Assembly: GCA_016839365.1 (NCBI GenBank)
Contig: JAEOUH010000018.1
Coordinates: 1 to 14,276 of the forward strand
Length of the DNA stretch: 14,276 nt
Direction of reading: 5' to 3'
Origin: Candidatus Hermodarchaeota archaeon
GTDB taxonomy: Archaea > Asgardarchaeota > Hermodarchaeia > Hermodarchaeales > Hermodarchaeaceae
Position numbers and translations under genes: made by a program. The notes under the pieces were generated by a model. The model saw nothing but the letters and a program-made list of their open reading frames with translations. It made no database searches and had not been told where the DNA came from. Each line of letters starts with the position of its first letter. Position 1 is the first letter of the stretch. Below, in pieces: positions 1 through 7,866 of this stretch.

Positions 1-396
1 CAAGATGGCTACGATTATATGAATGAACTGCACGGCTCCCCACACCAACGAGAAATGATAGCGGAAATCAACACCGCTTATGAACCTGCCCTTGTGCTCA
101 TGGATGGAACAACCGCTTTTGTGAAAGGAGGCCCGGCCATGGGAACAAAAGTCTCTCCGAATATATTTCTTGCAGGATCCGATCGCATCGCAATAGATGC
201 AGTTGGTGTTGCTTTACTCCGACATTATGGAACCACACCCGAAGTAGAAAAAGGGACCATCTTCGACCAAACCCAACTTGCACGGGCTATCCAATTAGGG
301 CTAGGCGCATCATCCTTACACGATATCAAGCTCGTACCATTAGATGAACACTCAGAGAAAGTCAGCGAAGAAATATTAGCTCAATTTGCCAAATAG
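1..396 (+). CDS. DUF362 domain protein, C-terminal part (gene starts upstream of the window)
   Basis: Frame is open from base 1 (QDGYDYMNELH...). Motifs LVLMDG..F..GGP..G and LAGSDRIAIDAVG match the DUF362 C-terminal pattern. Confidence 0.75.
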   Translation, partial: QDGYDYMNELHGSPHQREMIAEINTAYEPALVLMDGTTAFVKGGPAMGTKVSPNIFLAGSDRIAIDAVGVALLRHYGTTPEVEKGTIFDQTQLARAIQLGLGASSLHDIKLVPLDEHSEKVSEEILAQFAK

Positions 397-410
397 AACT
401 TCCTATCAGC

Positions 411-1088
411 CTAACCTTTTCGTTTCGGTTTTGCCTTCCGATACTCACGAAGAAGCATAATAACCTCTTCATCGGGAACATCATACCATTTTTCATAAGC
501 ATCAGCAACTGCAAACACTACACCATCATCCACCTGAGGACAAATCAACTCATCAACCTGTTCTCTGACTTTGGAGATAGCACTAGCAGAAGCCGTGGGT
601 ACAGCCACAATCATGCGTTTTGGTGAAAGTTGACGAACGGAATCAATGGCGGCAAGCATTGTATACCCAGAAGCAAGACCATCATCTACCAATATCACTA
701 CTCGAGACTTAGGTGAAAAAAGACCTACTAAGCCCTTGTACACCTTTTTTCGATCGTCAATTTGGGTTTTTGTCCTGTAAATTACCTGTTGAATCTCTGC
801 ATCTTGGAGCCCAATACGATTAACCAGAGGCTGGTTTAGTATGACCGTGCCTAGCGATGTTAGAGCCCCAAATCCGGCTTCAGGATTAAAAGGGATTTGG
901 AGTTTCCTTACAATCAGTAAATCCAAATCTGCGTGGAGCATTTTAGCCAGTGGTAAAGCCACCGCTAGCCCACCATTAGGGATTGCAAGGATCAGTGGAA
1001 CTTCCTGCCAATTTTTTGCCTTGAGATTTTCTCCTAGCACCTTCCCCGCAGCCATCCGATCCAGATATTGCGCGTTCAAACTAAACAC
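411..1088 (-). CDS. Putative type I phosphoribosyltransferase (COG1926-like)
   Basis: PRPP-binding motif VILVDDGLASGYT. Family motifs DR..AG..L, LAIPNGG, VRKL..P.NPE..FGA and IVAVPTAS. GTG start. Confidence 0.9.
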   Translation of the reverse strand: MFSLNAQYLDRMAAGKVLGENLKAKNWQEVPLILAIPNGGLAVALPLAKMLHADLDLLIVRKLQIPFNPEAGFGALTSLGTVILNQPLVNRIGLQDAEIQQVIYRTKTQIDDRKKVYKGLVGLFSPKSRVVILVDDGLASGYTMLAAIDSVRQLSPKRMIVAVPTASASAISKVREQVDELICPQVDDGVVFAVADAYEKWYDVPDEEVIMLLREYRKAKPKRKG

Positions 1089-1237
1089 CCTTTATTGGAT
1101 TTAGTATTAGCTTCAACAGTGGAACCATAAATAGCCATCATAGTCTGTATATGGGTAACCTTAATCAGAGCTTTTTTGAGAGATAAGATAATTGTTGAGT
1201 AGGTATATACTCTTTCTATGTATGGAGTGTGAAGCCA

Positions 1238-2377
1238 ATGGAAGTCAGAAAGGTCATGCGACTTGGAATGTCATCCCTTGTTGTTTCTGTCCCTAAGGAA
1301 TGGGCAGATAAGTACAAACTTGACCAAGAAAGCCGTCTTGTGCTCATCCCCCAATCAGATGGGAGCATTGCCCTTTATCCTCAAACGGTCCCGCGGGAGA
1401 AACCGCGCACTATCACGCTCAAGACTAAACCTACTGATCCACCTGGTCTGTTAGAAGAACGGATGGTAGCAGCTTATCTCACCGATTATGATGAAATCCA
1501 TATCCAATCTGAAGGCGTTATTTCCTCTGAACAACGTGACCGATTACGGGCGAACCTTCGGCTTCTCACTGGCTATCAAATCATGGAGTCCAGTTCAAGT
1601 CACCTACTTATCCTTAATGTTGCACGGGTCTCTGAAATGGATGTGGAGCGAGCGCTCTATCGGGCCCATACAATTGCTACTTCCATGCTGAAAGACTCCC
1701 TGAAATCCCTCCAAAATCGGGATGCTAACATGGCTCGGACCGTCAATGGCCTAGAAGAGGATGTAAACCAATTCTACTTCCTGGTCAATAAGCAACTGCG
1801 ACGGGCTTTGCTGGACCCCAATGTAATGAGCCGTATTAATATCACCGCAATCGACGCCCTCAATTTCAGTATGGTCCTCCATGCCATTCATACTGCTGCT
1901 GAAGCCTCCAAAGCCATTGCCAATGCCGTTCTTACACTTGGCGACCATGATTGCCCCGAAGATATCCTCAAACTCGCACTCAGGAACGGACAATTCGCCA
2001 CCTCCATTTTCGAAGATGCAGCCAAGGCTTTCCTTACAAGAAACGATGTCCTTGCCAATGAAATCATCAATAAAGGTGGCACGTGTCCTCCCATGCGTCA
2101 GCAAGCTGAGCGACTTATGGAACGCCATCTAGTCACTATCTGCGAAGACATGCTCCCCTCACTCACACCCGAATCCTGTGCTTTGTTTGGTACACGCCAA
2201 GTCGCCCTCACTGTGCTTGAGCAAGTGTTTCAAAGTAACAGCCAAATCGCCGTTGCAGCGGCCACAATTGCTGAACGGGCCATCTGGCGATCTTTGGAAA
2301 CTAATCAAACGCCCATCAAAATCACTAAACCAAAGGCTAAAGGCAAACGGAAGCCTAAAATCAAGAAAAAGACCTAA
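1238..2377 (+). CDS. Archaeal AbrB/SpoVT-PhoU family transcriptional regulator (phosphate uptake regulator-like)
   Basis: N-terminal MEVRKV..LG.SSLVVSVPKEW AbrB-type DNA-binding motif, central ..VAAYL..YDEIHI segment, then PhoU-like helical repeats (LEEDVNQFYFLV.KQL). ATG at 1238 preferred over GTG at 1229 because GGAGTG (1224-1229) is spaced like an SD. Confidence 0.85.
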   Translation: MEVRKVMRLGMSSLVVSVPKEWADKYKLDQESRLVLIPQSDGSIALYPQTVPREKPRTITLKTKPTDPPGLLEERMVAAYLTDYDEIHIQSEGVISSEQRDRLRANLRLLTGYQIMESSSSHLLILNVARVSEMDVERALYRAHTIATSMLKDSLKSLQNRDANMARTVNGLEEDVNQFYFLVNKQLRRALLDPNVMSRINITAIDALNFSMVLHAIHTAAEASKAIANAVLTLGDHDCPEDILKLALRNGQFATSIFEDAAKAFLTRNDVLANEIINKGGTCPPMRQQAERLMERHLVTICEDMLPSLTPESCALFGTRQVALTVLEQVFQSNSQIAVAAATIAERAIWRSLETNQTPIKITKPKAKGKRKPKIKKKT

Positions 2378-2524
2378 TAGCTCATTAGGCAGTTTTTCAT
2401 CATTTTTGGAGCAGTCTTTACTTGAATAAGTTGATGTTGCGTTTTGTTATCTAGTTTATATATTCATGATGAATAATGAGTGTTATTAATTTTACAAATG
2501 ACAACGATTATGGCGCAGAATGTT

Positions 2525-2554
2525 AAAAGCTTATATATATCCATTGTATATATG
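2525..2554 (+). promoter_or_regulatory. BRE/TATA promoter (AAAAGC-TTATATAT) overlapped by inverted repeat ATATATA-N7-TATATAT
   Basis: Purine-rich BRE followed by a TTATATA box upstream of the ORF at 2610; inverted repeat at 2533-2553. Confidence 0.6.
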
Positions 2555-2609
2555 ATATCAGTAAGGGATGTATCACAAATATGCGATTCAGCCCTTGGAC
2601 GGGATCATC

Positions 2610-2921
2610 ATGAGTGAAGGATTACGAAAGGTCGTGGGTTTGATTCCCAAAGATCAACGCGAACCAGTATCCACGGCACTCCTTGATCTGCTGTTGAAAA
2701 CCAAAGCTGCAAAGAACGTTCCAGCTCGGGAAGCAAAGATGGTCTTGCATCTGATGATGCGGGATCTCACAGCCACCGAGATGGGTCTGGAAACCCTTTT
2801 TACCTGTGCCCTTCGGGCAGAACCTGTAAAAACCCTAGACGTTATTGGTGACGTTCTCGGTGGCGCCATGGCAGCAGAAGAAGTCGTCAAGGCCTTATCC
2901 ACCTTGACTGTAACGCAATAA
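2610..2921 (+). CDS. Small all-alpha hypothetical protein (~103 aa)
   Basis: Amphipathic helical pattern, with its own promoter upstream and terminator downstream. Alternative start at 2568. Confidence 0.75.
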   Translation: MSEGLRKVVGLIPKDQREPVSTALLDLLLKTKAAKNVPAREAKMVLHLMMRDLTATEMGLETLFTCALRAEPVKTLDVIGDVLGGAMAAEEVVKALSTLTVTQ

Positions 2922-2959
2922 TTCTGCGTTCTTTTGAGTGCCTTTGAGGGATTTCCACA

Positions 2960-3006
2960 CATCGGCGGGTCCCTATGATTGTGGGCCCGCTGGTGAACTC
3001 TTTTTT
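2960..3006 (+). terminator. Hairpin plus U-tract terminator of the 2610-2921 gene
   Basis: Stem CATCGGCGGGTCC (2960-2972) pairs with GGGCCCGCTGGTG (2983-2995), including 3 G-U pairs; T6 at 3001-3006. Confidence 0.55.
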
Positions 3007-3017
3007 ATGTCGCTATT

Positions 3018-3051
3018 AAAAAAAGAAGATGAAGGACGCCTAAAGGCGTCC
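3018..3051 (-). terminator. Hairpin plus U-tract terminator of the LVIVD gene
   Basis: GGACGCC-TAAA-GGCGTCC at 3034-3051, then T7 on the minus strand (A7 at 3018-3024), just after the stop at 3063. Confidence 0.6.
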
Positions 3052-3062
3052 AAAGCAGGTCA

Positions 3063-5516
3063 CTACTGTATTCGTTTCTGTCGACGAACTAGAATTCCCA
3101 AGGAAAGTGCAATGATGGTTCCCAGAGCAATGGCTACAAATGGGAAACCTGGAATTGGAGGAGGGGGTGGAGGTGGTGGTGTCGTCGGAGGTACTTCGTA
3201 TTCGTAAGTTATGCTGAGTGAGGAAAGGCGAGGACTGCGTTCTATCGAGGTAGTTGTTAGCGTGGCTCGCCAGCGTAGATCATCACCCGGAGTGGTAAAG
3301 GCGTGCAGAGCACCAGGTGTGACAGAGTCCCAAGTAGAACCTCCATCCGCAGACATCTCAAACACAAGAGAGGTTCCCAAGGGTTCAAGCGCTGAATATG
3401 TAAGTGTAGCGTTTTCAATGGTTTCTGTCGTCGTATCTACTTCTAATGATGCGGCGAGGGTTGAACCACCTACATAGGTATTTCCAGCCGCCTTAACAAG
3501 GTGTAAGATCACCAAGCTGGTTTTGTTCGCGACGTAGGCATAGTTGCCATGAACTGTGACAGCCCAGGCACCATTTGCACTTGTAGATGTTGCCACAGTA
3601 GTCAAACTACTGATATTTGTCGTGTTGTGTAGTGAAACTCCATCGTGCTGATCAGCCGTGACCAACCATTTGCCATAAGCCCAGACTCCTAGTGTATCAT
3701 TAAATAGGTCGTCACCAAAACTGATGTTCCATGGATCAGTGACATTATAGGTTGATGCATAACCTGAAAGTCCAGGATCATCATCTGCGAGATAGGCAAC
3801 GTTCCCATCGACCATGACATCGTAGTGATACGCTACTCGAGAGCGTACATAGGTTTGCTGGAAGTTGTTAAAATCGCTGATATCATGGATGTAGAAACTC
3901 GGCCCAGAACCCCCTTGAGAATCCACTGTGTACAGATAAGAGCCCTGTACCCAAAGTGCAGTTAGATTAGTGCCCCAATATTCCTGATGATTATTCCATG
4001 TGTAGGGGTTGGTGAGGTTCACCCAGCCAGCTCCATTTTCGAAGGTGTACCAGCAAAGCTCACCCCAAAGAAAAACATCAGTCATTAGTGATGCAGCAAT
4101 GCTTTGGTAGAGTTGAATATTACTGGGATCCAGAACATTAAGGACATGTAACGCACTTGGTTCAACGAGAACGACGATGTTACCTTGCACATCGAGTTTC
4201 TTGGCATTAGAGACTCCGATTGAATAGTTATCCAGGAAGACAGGGAGAGCCGGGTCGCTGACATCAAAGGTGAGCAACCCATCAGGTCCCGCTGCAACGT
4301 AAGCGACATCCCCTTGGACTCGGATATCGTTGTATGTGAAGCCACCAGCAAAAGAGCCGATTTCTTCTAACATCGCCATACCAAGACCAATTCGATAGGT
4401 GTATACACCAGTACTAGCGGCAATACAGACGATTTCACCGAACAAATCAACATCAAAGACATAATTAAGACCAATGGTGTCAATAAGGACCGGATGAGCT
4501 GGAACTGTGACATCGAGAACCACTAAACCATTTGCGCTATCAGCGACAAAGAGTGTGTCACCTTGTAGTGCCAGTTTACGAGCCTCTCCGGGAGTATCGT
4601 AACTGCCGATGATTGAGGCGGCATACGGATTGCTGATATCAACGATTTGTATTCCGCTATTTTCATCAGCCACGAAGGCTAACCCTCCGTCAACAATGAC
4701 ATCCATGGCAAAGCCAGGTGTGTTAACTGTATCTACAGGTGTCGGAGCCTGAGGATTGGTAATGTTTAAGATGTTGAGACCAGTTGGACCTTCAGCTAAA
4801 TAGGCGAAATGTCCCTCGATAGTCAAACCATGAACATTTGGTGAAAGATAACCCATTGGCAATAAAACGGGATTATTGGGATCTTCAACGTCAATGATAC
4901 GGAACGAGAGTGAACTGGGCGAATCGTAGTTTGCCACGTAAAGATAATGGCCTTGAAATTCGAGATCCGTCATGTTTCCATCAAAATTGATGGCAGGCAT
5001 GATGATGAGCGGATTGAAAGGATCAGTGACATTATAGAGCCCAACACCTTCACTACCAGGCATTCCTCCACCCATTGCACAGTGATCTCCAGATACTGCA
5101 ATCGGTTCTTGGAAAGACCAAGAGGGTGATACACTTAGTTGTTTGATATCATTGGGATTATTGATATCAAATATCACAAAAGCGTTGGTAGAAACACTTA
5201 GGTTAAGGGAAGCGTAGAGTGTTCGTCCTTGTACATCAATAGCCATGACTTCACCGACCGTCAGGTATGAGTCGAGGAGTTGCGAGGAGTATCCTCGGGC
5301 GGTCGTGACCGCTCCGGTTCCCCATCCAATAGCGGTGGTTTGAGCCAAACGCCGATAGGTCGTCGTAGTAAAATCTTCAGAGTAAGTGCCAGTAGCCAAT
5401 GGTGCTCCATTAAGGAATGGACTCGCGTAAGCAGTTGTAAACGCTGGTACAAAAGTCAATGGAAGAAGTGTCACTAATAGTATACTAACTAAAACTTCTG
5501 AACTCTTTATTTTCAT
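3063..5516 (-). CDS. Secreted LVIVD-repeat double beta-propeller surface glycoprotein with C-terminal poly-Pro/IPGF-TM-basic sorting signal
   Basis: Signal peptide. 14 repeats of the type DVxVxGxxAYVA...GLxIxDVSDPxxP. About 14 N-x-S/T sequons. C-terminus is PPPPPPPPIPGFP, a hydrophobic helix, then RRQKR. Confidence 0.9.
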   Translation of the reverse strand: MKIKSSEVLVSILLVTLLPLTFVPAFTTAYASPFLNGAPLATGTYSEDFTTTTYRRLAQTTAIGWGTGAVTTARGYSSQLLDSYLTVGEVMAIDVQGRTLYASLNLSVSTNAFVIFDINNPNDIKQLSVSPSWSFQEPIAVSGDHCAMGGGMPGSEGVGLYNVTDPFNPLIIMPAINFDGNMTDLEFQGHYLYVANYDSPSSLSFRIIDVEDPNNPVLLPMGYLSPNVHGLTIEGHFAYLAEGPTGLNILNITNPQAPTPVDTVNTPGFAMDVIVDGGLAFVADENSGIQIVDISNPYAASIIGSYDTPGEARKLALQGDTLFVADSANGLVVLDVTVPAHPVLIDTIGLNYVFDVDLFGEIVCIAASTGVYTYRIGLGMAMLEEIGSFAGGFTYNDIRVQGDVAYVAAGPDGLLTFDVSDPALPVFLDNYSIGVSNAKKLDVQGNIVVLVEPSALHVLNVLDPSNIQLYQSIAASLMTDVFLWGELCWYTFENGAGWVNLTNPYTWNNHQEYWGTNLTALWVQGSYLYTVDSQGGSGPSFYIHDISDFNNFQQTYVRSRVAYHYDVMVDGNVAYLADDDPGLSGYASTYNVTDPWNISFGDDLFNDTLGVWAYGKWLVTADQHDGVSLHNTTNISSLTTVATSTSANGAWAVTVHGNYAYVANKTSLVILHLVKAAGNTYVGGSTLAASLEVDTTTETIENATLTYSALEPLGTSLVFEMSADGGSTWDSVTPGALHAFTTPGDDLRWRATLTTTSIERSPRLSSLSITYEYEVPPTTPPPPPPPPIPGFPFVAIALGTIIALSLGILVRRQKRIQ

Positions 5517-5659
5517 ATAGAATATCCCTCACTGGAGAGAATGTATTAACAAATAGGGTAAATACAATAAATACTTGGTGTCAACCTGTTTTGGTTTCTT
5601 AAATTGCTTCCACAAATCGTCGTTTATTCAATAAAAAAAATGCCAAGGAATCGTTTTGT

Positions 5660-5674
5660 AAAAGGCTATTTAAA
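5660..5674 (+). promoter_or_regulatory. BRE/TATA promoter of the DUF72 gene
   Basis: AAAAGGC-TATTTAAA about 30 nt upstream of GTG 5705. Confidence 0.5.
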
Positions 5675-5704
5675 GGGTTGTTTTCAAGAGCTAAAGGATT
5701 TGAA

Positions 5705-6547
5705 GTGATTAGGCTTGGAACTGCAGGATGGAAGTATGAGGACTGGGTGGGTAGCTTTTATCCATCAAATAAGCACCAATTCACTTATTTTAGCAAGATT
5801 TTTGATACCGCTGAAATCAATTCGACCTTCTACACATTCCCAAGTCAAAAAGTAGTTGAGATCTGGTCTCGCGCTCCTCAAGAATTTATTTTTACTGCTA
5901 AGGTTCCACAAGAAATTACCCATAAACTCCGTTTGGATGTAGAAAAAGGCGCAGATAAACGAATGAAAGATTACCTTCAGCTTATGGTCCCTTTACTTGA
6001 AACAAACCGATTAGGTCCCCTCCTCATTCAATTACCTCCCTCTTTCGAATTTAATCATATTGATACCTTAGAGACCTTTCTGCAAACCCTTCCTCGTGAG
6101 TGGGAGTATGCAGTGGAGTTCCGTCATCTCTCCTGGTTGCAAGATGATACGTTTAAGCTGTTACGTAAACTACAGGTCGCTTATTGTATTGTTGATGAAC
6201 CTCTCCTTCCCCCTCGGATTGAAGTCACAGCTCCCTTTGCATATATTCGCTGGCATGGGCATGGGAAGAAACTTTGGTACTATTACCTATACAATAAAGG
6301 AGAGCTTGAGGAATGGGTTCCCAAAGTCCAAGATGCAGCAAAACGAGCACCTAAGGCGGTTTACGGCTATTTCAACAATCACTGGCATGGCTTTGCTGCA
6401 CGGAATTGTGTAGAGATGATGGAGCTACTCAACATCTCTCACAGGATGCCAAGGCATGTCCGAGATCGGGTCAACCGAGTCACAGATGAACGCATCAAGC
6501 AAAAACCATCACAACAAACCTCATTGGCTAATTTTTCAACTAAATAG
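5705..6547 (+). CDS. DUF72 family protein (YecE-like TIM barrel)
   Basis: Motifs IRLGTAGWKYEDW.G.FYP, EINSTFY, FTAKVPQEITH, LIQLPPSF, AVEFRH.SW, YIRWHG and YGYFNNH. GTG 5705 preferred over TTG 5678 from the TATA position. Confidence 0.93.
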   Translation: MIRLGTAGWKYEDWVGSFYPSNKHQFTYFSKIFDTAEINSTFYTFPSQKVVEIWSRAPQEFIFTAKVPQEITHKLRLDVEKGADKRMKDYLQLMVPLLETNRLGPLLIQLPPSFEFNHIDTLETFLQTLPREWEYAVEFRHLSWLQDDTFKLLRKLQVAYCIVDEPLLPPRIEVTAPFAYIRWHGHGKKLWYYYLYNKGELEEWVPKVQDAAKRAPKAVYGYFNNHWHGFAARNCVEMMELLNISHRMPRHVRDRVNRVTDERIKQKPSQQTSLANFSTK

Positions 6548-6557
6548 GGAAAGTAGT

Positions 6558-6977
6558 TTACGGTGTGTTCTTGGGTTCAGATTCTGCACTAGATTTTGAT
6601 TTTATTCTGGAGTATTTGTAGAATGGTAACATGAGCAGACCGCCAGAAAATGTGGCGGTGAATGCTAATACCAGAATATCGAAGAGCTGTGGGTGTGCAC
6701 CGAAGATTCCTTGAAGGGTGACAAAGGTTATGATAACCGCGAAGGATAGGATGGCCTGGATGACATAATTCAGTCGATAGGATCCCTTTCCCCGTTGGGA
6801 GAGATAAAAAGTCAATATCGCACCGATTCCCCAAATAAGGCCAAGACCCAATGCCCAGAGAAGGTTTAAGATATAGCCAAAATAAATTGTGATGAAAAGT
6901 AGCACAGCCATTATAATCATGAGAATAATGATACCCGGAGCCCAAAGTTGTTGATTCTTGTTTGCTGATTCTTCCAT
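6558..6977 (-). CDS. Hypothetical membrane protein, ~4 TM helices
   Basis: Four hydrophobic segments with basic loops and tail; last gene of a co-oriented membrane-protein cluster. Confidence 0.75.
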   Translation of the reverse strand: MEESANKNQQLWAPGIIILMIIMAVLLFITIYFGYILNLLWALGLGLIWGIGAILTFYLSQRGKGSYRLNYVIQAILSFAVIITFVTLQGIFGAHPQLFDILVLAFTATFSGGLLMLPFYKYSRIKSKSSAESEPKNTP

Positions 6978-7022
6978 TTTGCTTTGCTTCCCTGAGTTGA
7001 TTTTCAGGATAGGCAGATGAAT

Positions 7023-7736
7023 CTAGATTTCTACACGGAGTACACCATACGTGGTGAGCCATAATCCGATGAGCAGGAGAATCCGTCCTAGTGTAATCAC
7101 TTGACAGATGGGGATAACTCGGGTTTCGAGAAGCCCCCCGATGAGCAGAAGGATTATACCCAAAAAGACGATGAACGGTACACGCTTGGATTCATAACCT
7201 TTGAACTTGCGATAGAAGAAGTCAATGGATAGACCGATAAAAAATGCTAGGGAGAGACCAACTGTTAGAATGACAATGAGATCTGGACGGATATCGGAGA
7301 TGAGTCCTGTACACACCCATTCAGCAGAAGCGGGATTGGATAAAAGCACCACATCCAATACTACTATGAGCATTGGAATGAAAAGGAGAATGACCCCCCA
7401 TTTTCGGGTTTCAAACCACATGGGATGGGCTAAATGAATACTCCAAAACCCGATGAATGTCACACCAAGCGTAAACAGGATCCAGAACCATTGCCAGTAG
7501 GGAAAGATCACTGCAAGAGCTGGGTGGGTTGGGAAAAACGCAGCACGATAGGTCCATACGGCATGAGCGGCAAAGAAGAATAGGAGCGCGAGTCCAAACA
7601 TAATCGTTGGTCGTCGTTCGGGACATCCTTGTTTCGATGCGTGATAGAGGGCAATTATACCCAGAAGAACGGTAGATATCATAAAGAGAAGGCCGATGGT
7701 AAACGACGTCGCATTTGCCAAAATGTATTGGAACAT
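7023..7736 (-). CDS. Stand-alone 7TM membrane protein (237 aa), HisKA_7TM-like architecture without a kinase domain
   Basis: Seven hydrophobic helices. GGAGG SD precedes ATG 7736 (MFQYILA...). Positive-inside loops indicate N-out/C-in topology. Confidence 0.8.
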   Translation of the reverse strand: MFQYILANATSFTIGLLFMISTVLLGIIALYHASKQGCPERRPTIMFGLALLFFFAAHAVWTYRAAFFPTHPALAVIFPYWQWFWILFTLGVTFIGFWSIHLAHPMWFETRKWGVILLFIPMLIVVLDVVLLSNPASAEWVCTGLISDIRPDLIVILTVGLSLAFFIGLSIDFFYRKFKGYESKRVPFIVFLGIILLLIGGLLETRVIPICQVITLGRILLLIGLWLTTYGVLRVEI

Positions 7737-7866
7737 AAGAACGCCTCCAGGGTATTGTGGTTCCGTTTCACTCCTATAAAACATTGACTAAACCTGTCAA
7801 GAGAGGGATGAGTAGCCGTATATGACTGAAAACGCACGGCTTCTATGGTTGATTCTAAGGATAGTT

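Noticed and set aside
3151-3192. G-rich tract suggesting a G-quadruplex or simple repeat
   Set aside because: Fully explained by poly-proline codons on the minus strand.
6558-7736. Amber readthrough (pyrrolysine) fusing the 7TM gene to the 4TM gene: TAG at 7025-7023 is followed by 15 open codons in frame with ATG 6977
   Set aside because: Easily arises by chance. The paralog ends at the equivalent position, and TAG is used as an ordinary stop by five genes in this window.
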